Shown here: positions 11,110-21,920 of the stretch, one piece after another
Position numbering within the stretch: the first letter of the stretch is position 1
Layout: every line of letters starts with the position of its first letter
DNA from: Squalus acanthias
Taxonomy: Eukaryota
DNA: 64,000 nucleotides
Direction of reading: 5' to 3'
Assembly (NCBI GenBank): GCA_030390025.1
Contig: CM059432.1
Span: 9,548,001-9,612,000, forward strand
Made by a program: the position numbers and the translations under genes
The notes under the pieces: generated by a model
Databases searched by the model: none
What the model saw: only the letters and a program-made list of their open reading frames with translations
Told to the model about the DNA's origin: nothing

Positions 11110-13640
11110 ATGGGCCACTGGTACCAGTCCTGGGGAAAGAGGGAGCTGTTCCGTTAGGACGGGCTCCACTTAAACCAGGCTGGAACCAGTGTCCTGGCGA
11201 ATCGAATAACTAGGGCAGTAGACAGGGCTTTAAACTAATGAAGGGGGGTTGGGAGGATTCAGGAAAGAGTAAATTTAAAAGCAGCAAGGGAAACATCAAG
11301 GCTCTGGAGCAGAGTTTTGGGTAAAAATAAGCAGAGTGGGTCAGGAAGGGACAGAGAGAGTAACAAAGGTAATAAGGCATCAGTGACTAAGGTGACATCA
11401 GGGACAAATAGAAAAAAGTCAAAGCTAAAGGCACTATATCTGAATGCACGAAGCATTCGCAACAAAATAGATGAATTAATAGCGCAGATAGAAATTAATA
11501 GGTTTGATTTAATAGTCATTATGCAGACATGGTTGCAAAGTGACCAAGGTTGGGAACTAAATATTTAACTTTTAGAAGAGATAGGCAAAATGGAAAAGGA
11601 GGAGGGGTAGCCCTGATAATAAAGGATGGGAGAAAGACAGTAGAGAGAAATGATCTTAGCTTGGAAAATCAAGAAGTAGAATCAGTTTGGGTGGAGCTAA
11701 GAAACAACAAGGGGCAGAAAATATTGGTGGGAGTTGTTTATAGGCCCCCAAACAGTAGTTGTAATGTAGGGCAGAGTATAAATCAGGAAATTAGAGGCGC
11801 ATATAACAAGGGTAATACAGTAATCATGGGGGACTTTAATCTACATATAGACTGGGCAAACCAAATTTGCAGTAATAGTGTGGAGGACGAGTTCAGGGAA
11901 TGTATACAAGATAGTTTTCTAGATCAGTATGTTGAGAAACCAACTAGGGAACAGGCTATTTTAGATCTAGTATTGTGCAATGAGAAAGGGTTAATTAATA
12001 ACCTTGTAGTAACGGTGCCTTCAGGGAAGACTGACTATAATATGATAGAATTTTATATTGAGTTTGAAAATGATTTAGTTAAATCCGAAACTAGAGTCTT
12101 AATTCTAAACAAAGCAAACTACGTAGGTATGAGGGGCGAGTTGGCTAAGGTAGATTGTGAAATTACATTAAAAGGTATGATGGTAGATAAGCAATGGCTA
12201 GAATTTAAAGAATTAATACATAATTTACAACAAATATACATTCCTTTAAGGCACAAAAATCCTACAGGAAAAGTGGTCCAACCGTGGCTAACAAGAGAAG
12301 TTAAAGATAGTATTAGAAAATCATAATACAGTCAAGCAGAGTCAACATGGTTTTATGAAGGGGAAATCATGTTTGACAAATTTGCTGGAGTTCTTTGAGG
12401 ATGTAATGAGCAGGGTGGATAAAGGGGAACCAGTAGATGTAGTGTATTTGGATTTCCATAAGGCATTCGATAAGATGTCACATAAAAGGTTACTGCACAA
12501 GATAAGAGCTCATGGGGTTGGGGATAATTTATTAACATGGATAGAGGATTGGCTAACTAACAGGAAACAGAGAGTTGGGATAAATGGGTCATTTTCAGTT
12601 TGGCAAACTGTAATTAGTGGGGTGCCACAGGGATGAGTGCTGGGGCCTCAGCTGTTTACAATCTATATTAATGACTTGGATGAAGGGACTGAGTGTAATG
12701 TAGCCAAATTTGCTGATGATACAAAGATAGGTGGGAAAGCAAGTTGTGAAGAGGACTCAAAGAATCTGCAAATGGATATAGATAGGTTAAGTGAGTGGGC
12801 AAAAAATTGACAGATGGAGTATAATGTGGGAAAATGTGAGGTTATCCACTTTGGTAGGAAAAATTTAAAAAAAAATTATTTCGATGGAGGGAGACAACAA
12901 AATGCTATGGTACAGAGGGATCTGGGTGTCCTTGTATATGAACCACAAAAAGTTAGCGTGCAGGTACAGCAAGTAATTAGGAAGGCAAATGGAATGTTGG
13001 CCTTTATTGCAAGGGGGATGGAATATAAAAGTAGGGAAGTCTTGCTACAACTGTACAGGGCGTTGGTGAGACCACACCTGGAGTACTGCATACAGTTTTG
13101 GTCTCCTTATTTAAGGAAGGATATACTTGCATTGGAGGCAGTTCAGAGAAGGTTCACTAGGTTAATTCCTAAGATAAAGGGGTTGTCTTATGAAGAAAGG
13201 TTGAGCAGGTTGGGCCTATACTCATTGGAGTTCAGAAGAATGAGAGGTGATCTTATTGAAACGTATAAGATTCTGAGGGGGCTTGACACGGTAGATGCAG
13301 GGAGGATGTTTCCCCTCGTGGGGGAATCTAGAACTAGGGGGCATAGTTTCAGAATAAGGGGTTGCCCATTTAAAACGGAGATGAGGAGGAATTTCTTCTC
13401 TCAGAGGGTCGTGAATCTTTGGAATTCTCTACCCCAGAGAGCTGTGGAGGCGGAGTCATTGAATATATTCCAGGTGGAGATAGACAGATTTTTGAAAAAC
13501 AGGGGAATCAAGGGTTATGGGGAGCGGGCAGGGAAGTGGAGTTGAGGCCAAGATCAGATCAGCCATGATCTTATTGAATGGCGGAGCAGGCTCGAGGGGC
13601 CAAACGGCCTACTCCTGCTCCTACATCTTATGTTCTTATG
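11110..13640 (+). mobile_element. CR1 with ORF1 end, endonuclease and RT; internal deletion near 12320
   Basis: YLNARSI, RRDR..GGGV, YRPP, GDFN joined directly to QHGFMKGKSC; 243-aa C-terminal ORF and 3' UTR. Confidence 0.9.
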
Positions 13641-15110
13641 TGAGTTGAGATGATCTTTTCCCGTGTGAAATAATTATGCATCACAATATGTGGGTGATAG
13701 CTCATGCCCATTCATATAACTAGAACATCTTGATCTCAAAGGCCCAAATTGGCCCAAAACTCAGATTCATTGCTCTGAATTCTTTTTAACCAGATAAATC
13801 TGAGCTAGTTCAGACTTTGCGTTCATTGTCTTTCTCTAATATCTTTGGTTTTTTTGTGTGCTGTGTAATCAGGTACAGTAGTTGTAGAGGTTGTTCTACT
13901 GGATAATAATCCCGGAGGCCTAGACTAATAATGTGAGTTCAAATCCATTTGTTAAAGGGTTCTCAAAAAACAGCCAAAGAAATTTATAAATCTTTAATTT
14001 TTGTGGTGCTGGGAGAAATGGTAATGATCCTTCTGGCCCCCACAAACAAAATTCCAGTCCTTGCAATGCCCCCCCCCCACCCACACCCCGCCCCCCTCCC
14101 CCCCGCCCCCCCCAACCCCCTTCCCTCCCCCCAGGCCCGACCTGCCGGCTAGCTCAATGTGGGAGCTTCCCAATCTCCCGCCCTCCCGCGACCAACGAGG
14201 TGCAGCGAGCTGAGTGCCCGCTTGGCTCCCGCAGTTCCTCGGTGCCATTCAAAATTGAGGTCCAGGACCGGAAATGGTTTGGGCCTACTATGGGGTGGAG
14301 GAGCGCAGCCACCTCACCGGCTCCACGGGCCCAATTTCGGCCTCGATATTCCATAACTAGCAGTTTAACAGCTATACGTACAGGGATAAACCTGGGAACA
14401 AATAGCCCGTCAGAAAATATTGTGGAGGTCGGGGCGTGTCTGAAAGAGGGGAGAGACGGAGAAGGGATGATAAAATGTTGAAAACACTTAAATCTAGCAG
14501 TTTAACAGTATTTTATTAACATATCAATTATTTATACCAATAATATTGCAGTGTTATTCAATGGCTATCAATCATGTTATAGTGAGACGGCAACAAGCAT
14601 TAATATTCATGTATAGCAGATGAAATATTACTGGATATTTTATCAATTGTAATTTTGAATGAATAATCACAACACTTTTAATCAATGATGATACTTTTTG
14701 AACAGGCGCCGCTATTTCTTTTATTCTTGCATTTTTCATTATATTGAAAGGTTTTACTGCAAAGTTTTGAATTGTATGAATAAGCACAAGTCATATCGCG
14801 CACGTACATTTGTTTTCATTGCTGCACCAGACCAGAGACTGACCCAATGGAAGGACGGAGGATATACAACATAGTGTAGCGGATTATGGAACAGCAGCTT
14901 ATTCCTACTTTCCACACCACAATGCATCAATTTCAGAAAGTATTCTATTAATCCCACCAAGGCCTTTTGTACTACAGAAAGCTTTCGAAATAAATTACTT
15001 TGTTTTCCTGAAAGTATCTGTTCATTTCCACATCGCAAAGTATCTCTTCAAGGGGGTGGAAGTTATGCTGCAGCTATACAAAGCCCTGGTTAGACCACAC
15101 CTGGAGCACT

Positions 15111-15310
15111 NNNNNNNNNNNNNNNNNNNNNNNNNNNNNNNNNNNNNNNNNNNNNNNNNNNNNNNNNNNNNNNNNNNNNNNNNNNNNNNNNNNNNNNNNN
15201 NNNNNNNNNNNNNNNNNNNNNNNNNNNNNNNNNNNNNNNNNNNNNNNNNNNNNNNNNNNNNNNNNNNNNNNNNNNNNNNNNNNNNNNNNNNNNNNNNNNN
15301 NNNNNNNNNN
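15111..15310. other. Assembly gap (200 N) inside a CR1 fragment
   Basis: Run of N; ccacacctggagcact on both flanks. Confidence 1.
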
Positions 15311-15973
15311 CCACACCTGGAGCACTGCGTTCAGTTCTGGGCACCAGTAGGAAGGATATATTGGCCTTGGAGCGAGTGCAGCAAAAATTCACTAGACTCC
15401 AAGGGTTAAATTATGAGGAATGATTACACAAACTAGGGTTGTATCCCCTGGAAATGAGAAGGTTAAGGGATGATTTGATCGAAGTTTCAAGATATTAAGG
15501 GGAACTAATAGGGTAGATAGAGAGAAACTATTTCTACTGGTTGGGGATTCTAGGACTAGGGGACATAGCCTAAAAATTAGAGCCAGGCCTTTCAGGAGTG
15601 AAGTTAGGAAACACTTCTACACACAAAGGGTGGTAGAAGTTTGGAACTCTCTTCCACAAACGGCAATTGATACTAGGTCAACTTAAATCGGAGATTGATA
15701 GATTTTTGTTAACCAAAGGTATTAAGGAATATGGAGCAAAGGCGGGTATATGGAGTTAGGTCACAGATCAGCCATGATCTCACTGAATGGTGGAATAGGC
15801 TCGAGGGGCTGAATGGCCTCCTCCTGTTCCTATGTTCACAACTTTCCCTATTGTGAGGTAATGGTGCCAACAGTGGGCTGATCAGAAAAATACAGGTATC
15901 ACACACCATAACCCATTGCTGGGATCGACACACATAACTAAGATAGAAGAGGTTAGTTTTTTTTTAAACTTAC

Positions 15974-16268
15974 CCACGGGAGACATTTCAGGGATACTGG
16001 TCACATATGGACCATCCAGAAAACGTGGCTCATTGTCATTGATGTCTTGTATTTTCACAATAAACTCGGACAGGGGTTCGACGGGTTCGTTTGTTAACCG
16101 GTCGACAGCTTGCGCACGTAACGCGTAGTAGGCCTGCTCCTCGCGGTCCAACCTTTTGGTAGCGTGAATGTCCCCTGTGCTCTCATCAATAATGAAGATG
16201 GAACCCGCACCTTCTCCCGAAAGGACGTACTTGACAGAACCATCTCCCCGGTCAACATCAGAGTGAAG
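15974..16268 (-). CDS. CDH7: Cadherin-7-like coding exon 2 (EC1 to start of EC2), 295 nt
   Basis: [102 protein letters not shown] and DINDN Ca-binding motifs; ccag| acceptor, |GTAAGT donor; phase fits both neighbouring exons. DREEQAYY...DRLTN is CDH7-like. Confidence 0.93.
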
Positions 16269-16334
16269 CTGGCGGCAAATAAATGCGAGATTAGACTCAT
16301 TCAGTACGGCAAGTCAGTTAACACTGCAATTTTT

Positions 16335-16790
16335 AATTCATTCATGGGACGTGGGTATCACTGGCAAGGCCAGCATTTATTGCCCATCCCTAATGGTCCT
16401 TGAGAAGGTGGTGATGAGCTGCCTTCTGGAACTGCTGCAGTCCTTGTGGTGAAGGTCTTATTATAGTTTCCTGTAGTGATTTGATACAACTGAGTGGCTT
16501 GCTAGGCCATTTCAGAGGGCAGCTAAGAATCAACCACACTGTTGTGGGTCTGGAGTCACGTATAGGCCAGACTGGGTAAGGACGGCAGATTCCCTTCCTT
16601 AAAGAACATTAGTGAATCAGATGGGTCTTTATAACCCATTACTGATACTAACTTTTAATTCCAGATTTAATTAATTAAATTTCAATTCCCCAGCTGCTTA
16701 TGGTGGGATTTGAACTCAGGCCTTCTAAGCATTAAGTCCAGACCTCTAGGATTACTTGCCCAGTAACAGAACCACTATGCTACCGTACCC
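16335..16790 (-). mobile_element. tRNA-headed SINE with LINE-derived 3' tail
   Basis: Head GGTAGCATAGTGG...GAGTTCAAATCCC (A/B boxes); the tail matches the 3' end of the LINE at 55430-55960. Confidence 0.7.
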
Positions 16791-17699
16791 CAACTATGCT
16801 ATTGTGTCCCGGTATTGCAAAGATGTTCTCATGCTGAGGGTCTATGTGCTCAACCCGTCACACAAACATATTGGGTAATGGAAGCAAGTCATATGATTGT
16901 CAGACATGTTCTATGGCTTTCAATGGAAGTAACTGAGCATGAGGTAGCTTAAAGAAAGACTTGCATTTATATAGTGCCTTTCACAACCTCAGGATGTCCC
17001 AAAGTGCTTTACAGCCAATGAAGTACTTTTTGAAGTGAAGTCACTGTTGTAATGCAGGAAATGCGGCAGCCAATTCCCACACAGCAAGACCCCACAAACA
17101 GCATTATTTTGTTATGCTTTGCATTAAATATTAAACATTTTTCCATAACCTAGTCAGCTTGGGAGGTGACCGTGAAGCTTAGGGTTAAGTCACTCTTTAG
17201 CCAATCTGTAGGAATCACACCTCAGAAATGCAGAAAAGGGAGACCTGGTCATTATTTTCCCTTCAATTCCCCCCCACCCCCCTCCCATACCGCCCTGAAG
17301 AACCAGCTAAAACTGAGACCATCGGTCACCAGGTGGACCCTCCTCGCCTCAGAGAACCAGCAAAAACTGAGACCATCGGTTACTAGGTGAACTACAAGTC
17401 TCTGACTTCAGAGACCAACACTGCAGCTTCATAGATACCAATCTTTCCTTCCTATTATTAAATATATTTTCAACTACCATTGTTACTCTCCCCCTCTTTG
17501 TTCATTAGCCCACACTATGTGCCACCCCATGACCAAGAGGATGGGCGAGGTGGCAACCTGCCCCCCACCGCCCCCCCCCCCCCCCGCACCCCCGGCTTTC
17601 CTTGTGTTTCTACTCTGTAAGCAAAGTAGAAGAGACTTGTGAAATGAACGAGGATAATTAGCTTTCTCTCCCTCCAAAAAAATGCCTCTAATCTGTAAC

Positions 17700-18200
17700 T
17701 AAGAACATAAGAACATGAGAAATAGGAGCAGAAGTAGGTCATTCGGCCCCTCGAGCCTGCTCCGGCATTCAATAAGATCATGGCTGATCTGATCTTGGCC
17801 TCAACTCCACCTTCCTGCCCGCTCCCCATAACCTTTGACTCCCCTGTTTTTCAAAAATCTGTCTATCTCCGCCTTGAATATATTCAATGACCCAGCCTCC
17901 ACAGCTCTCTGGGGTAGAGAATTCCACAGATTCACGACCCTCTGAGAGAAGAAATTCCTCCTCATCTCCATTTTAAATGGGCGACCCCTGTAACTATGCC
18001 CCCTAGTTCTAGATTCCCCCACGAGGGGAAACACCCTCTCAGCATCTACCCTGCCCAGCCCCCTCAGAACCTTACACGTTTCAATAAGATCACCTCTCAT
18101 TCTTCTAAACTCCAATGAGTATAAGCCCAACCTGCTCAACCTTTCTTCATAAGACAACCCCTTCAACTCAGGAATCAACCTAGTGAACCTTCTCTGAACT
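17700..18200 (-). mobile_element. CR1 3' fragment
   Basis: 125-aa RT C-terminus and 3' UTR. Confidence 0.85.
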
Positions 18201-19989
18201 ATTCCTTATGGCCTGAGCAACACTTATGGAGTATGATGGAGCCTGCAACTCACCATTTAGCGCTGTCATATATTTCTACCTCACATCGCCAGACTTGCTC
18301 TACCCATCTATAAAAAGCCTCTCGGATAATCACTGTCAGTCTACCAGAACTTGTGCAAGTGGAATATTTTCGTTTTTAATTGTCAGCTTGAACATGCTGA
18401 ATTATACTCTTTATCTTGTAAAAATAATTGCAATAAGCTGAGGGGTGCTGACAGATGCAGTAAAAGAAAAATTCACACAACTCAGACACTTTAACGTCTT
18501 GAGAAGAATGTTTGCTGTTTTATTAACAGTCTCACGTATCTCAAAAGGAAGGCAACACAACCAGGTTTCAAACGAGCTGTGTGTGGATGAGTGCTGAACA
18601 TTTCATCTTCACAACATCACTTTTATTCAATGATTTTTTTTTCCCCCGATATCAACCGTGAAACTTCATTTGGCGACAGACCTGCCTGATGACTGTCACA
18701 AGTCGGCTACAACCGTACTTGCAAATCTGAATCAATATTTAATTACAGAGTGCCGTGGTCTCCGAGCTCATAGTCAATTTAGTCTAATAGGAGAGAAATG
18801 CCGGACCTCCCATGTTGGCGATGCAGCTTTAAACTGACATTCAAACTCATCCCCAGCGGCTGACGTTCTTTTATATGTAGCCAGAGAATCAGATACTGAT
18901 ATCTCCCATGGGGCAGGGGAAGGGGGAGTGCGGGGGGGGTGGCAGGGGATCTGGAGGAGGAATCTATCCCACGCTCCACAACGCGTACATCTTGTACTGA
19001 GCAACCGCTGAATTGGCAGGCTCCGGGGAAAGTCTGAGGCCAAGAATGCCCCCCCCCTCCCTACCATTCAGCTGAAGGAGGGTGACTGGATGGCATGGAA
19101 AGAGACGAAGAAATATATGGCAGGGAATCGGGCGTAGCGCACCAGCGGAGGACCGGCAATGCGCTGCTAAGGGCCTGTCAGACTGGGGTGCAGCACCCTT
19201 GGCAAAGAGCGGCACATTAGGAAAGTCTGTGGCTCGCAGGTTTATCTAAAGCTCAATCTGCCAGTGATGACTATCGATGCAGGTGAATTTCCCATTCACA
19301 AATGGGCCTTGTTAAATACCTGGAGCAGAAACATTTTACAGAGCTCTGGGGAAAGGGCGAGGGAGCGGGACTAATTGGAGAGCTCTACCAAAGAGCCGGC
19401 ACAGGCACGAGGGGCTGAATGGCCTCCTTCTGTGCTGTATCATCCTATGATTCTATGGTTGCTACTTACCCTTGAGCACAGATATGATCTGAGATTTCCA
19501 TTGCTGCCTGGACTGAAATCGCCCAGACGACCGTCACTTCTCGGCCTTGATCTATTCGAGAAGGCTCTTTTAAGGAACGTACCGGGGCCCGATTTTAATT
19601 TTAAGGGCACAGCGGGCAGAGCATGTCCGCTGCCTGCCCATCGTTACCGCCATGAGGCCTAAACCATTTTCAGACCCGGAGCCTTATCTACGGGATGACA
19701 GCGAGCTACAGGTGCTAAACTGGCAGCTGGCTGATTGCAGAGGGCAGGAAATCAATCGGAGCCCGGGGGGTAAGCAATCCCAGGGGGCCTTGCATGGCCC
19801 GGCAGCAGGCTAGAGTTTCTTTTTTAAGATGGCCCCATGAAAATGAACATTAAAAATCATTTTGGAACGGCCTGCAACAATCCCTGCTAAGGCCGCTCAG
19901 TGCCAGCACAACATAGAAGATAGGAGCAGGAAGGAGTAGGCCATTCGGCCCCTCGAGCCTGTTCCGCCATTTAATGAGATCATGGCTGA

Positions 19990-20835
19990 TCAACAACAAC
20001 TTGCATTTATATAGCGCCTTTAACGTAGTAAAACATCCCAAGGTGGTTCACAGGAGCGATTATCAAACAAAATTTGACACCGAGCCACATACGGAGATAT
20101 TAGGACTGGTGTCCAAAAGCTTGGTCAAAGAGGTAGGTTTTAAGGAGCGTCTTAAAGGAGGAAAGAGAGGCAGAGAGGTTTAGGGAAGGAATTCCAGAGC
20201 TCAGGGCCTTGGCATAGAGACATAGAAACATAGAAAAAGAGGAGCAGGAGTAGGCCATTCGGCCCTTCGAGCCTGCTCCGCCATTCAATCTGATCATGGC
20301 TGATCCTCTATCTCAATACCATATTCCCGCTCTCTCCCCATACCCCTTGCTGCTTTTTGTGTCTAGAAATCTATCTATCTCCATCTTAAATATATTCAGT
20401 GACTTGGCCTCCACAGCCTTCTGTGGTAAAGAATTCCACAGGTTCACCATCCGCTGAGTGAAGAAATTTCTCCTCATCTCAGTCCTAAATGTCCTACCCC
20501 GTATCCTGAGACTGTGACCCCTCATTCTAGACCCCCCAGCCAGGGGAAACATCCTCCCTGCATCCAGTCTGTCTAGCCCTGTCAGAATTTTATACGTTTC
20601 AATGAGATAATGAGATGGCAGCTGAAGGCACGGCCGCCAATGGTGGAACGATGGAAATCGGGGATGCTCAAGGGGCCAGATTTGGAGGAGAGCAGAGATT
20701 TTGGAGTGTTGTGGGGCTGTAGGAGGTTACAGAGATAGGGAGGGGCGAGGAGGCCATGGAGGGATGTGAAAACAAGGATGAGAATTTTAAAATTGAGGCC
20801 TTGCTGGACTGGGAGCCCAAGTAGGTCAGTGAGCG
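19990..20835 (-). mobile_element. L2 3' fragment interrupted by a CR1 3' end (20215-20605)
   Basis: The L2 sequence breaks at ...gggccttggca and resumes at tggcagctgaagg. Confidence 0.8.
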
Positions 20836-21411
20836 CGGGGGTGATGGGTGAACAGGCAAAGTGTTGGCAAAAGCCTCACCTGCCAAATATTTGGAGCTAA
20901 ACCAAGTTAACGCTTTTACCAGCAGGAATATCCTCATTTCCTCTGGTGGGGGGGGGAGTCCAGAACAAGGGGGCATAACCTTAAAATTAGAGCTAGGCCG
21001 TTCAGGGGTGATGTCAGGAAGCATTTCTTCACACAAAGGGTGGTGGAAATTGGGAACTCTCTCCCCCAAAAAGCTGCTGAGGTTGGGGGCCAATTGAAAA
21101 TTTCAAAACTGAGATTGATAGGTTTTTGTTAGACAAGGCTGTTAAGAGTTACGGAACTGAGGCGGGTTGGTGGAGTTAAGATACAGATCAGACATGATCT
21201 CACTGAATGGCGGAGCAGGCTCGAGGGGCTGAATGGCCTACTCGTGTTCCTATGTTCCTAGAACTTGCTCAGAGTTTGATGGCCTGGGTCAATAAATAAT
21301 GGAATCAAAATGCATTAGCTTTGTTAGAAGAGGATTATTAAAAGGTTTGCCTTAATTAAAGTTCATTTTGAGATCTTTATTGAATTTGGTCAAGATGTCA
21401 ACACTTATAAG

Positions 21412-21920
21412 TATTCGACTTCGAGACACACGACAACGCAAAATCATCGAGCAGAAACTGATAGCCACGTTCCGCACCCATGAGGACGGCCTCAATAGGG
21501 ATCTCGGGTTCATGTCATGCTACAGAACGTGACTCGACATCGTTGTCTGTCTTTCCAGTTTTTAAAAATAAAAAAAAAACAAAGCAAAAAAAAAAACAAC
21601 CAAAAAAAAAGGTTAAAAGCTGAACTGCAGACGGCAGGATTTGACACGTTGGACCCCCTGTGACCCATCTCATTGTCTTGGCTGTGCTCTGGTGTGTCTT
21701 TGATGTAATGCCTCCCTGAAAGATTGTATCTCTGCAGACAAATTGCTTTCTGTGTTTATATACTGTGTAATAGATTCCCTCATTGTACCTTTACCTGACG
21801 AAGGGGCAACAGCTCCGAAAGCTTGTAATTTTAAATAAATCTGTTGGACTATAACCTGGTGTTGTGCGACTTCTCATTTTTGTCCACCCCAGTCCAACAC
21901 CGGCATCTCCGCATCATGAC
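21412..21920 (+). mobile_element. Penelope-like 3' fragment, non-palindromic
   Basis: Encodes the end of the GIY-YIG ORF (RKIIEQKLIA..HEDGLNRD), then 3' UTR, hammerhead and tail; TSD cttataag (21404-21411, 21921-21928). Confidence 0.9.
21791..21828 (+). ncRNA. Minimal hammerhead motif
   Basis: TTAC-CTGACGA-A-GGGGC(aaca)GCTCC-GAAA-G-CTT-GTAA. Confidence 0.8.

Noticed and set aside
9956..13545. Intact autonomous LINE
   Set aside because: Frameshifts, stops, nested insertions and an internal deletion.
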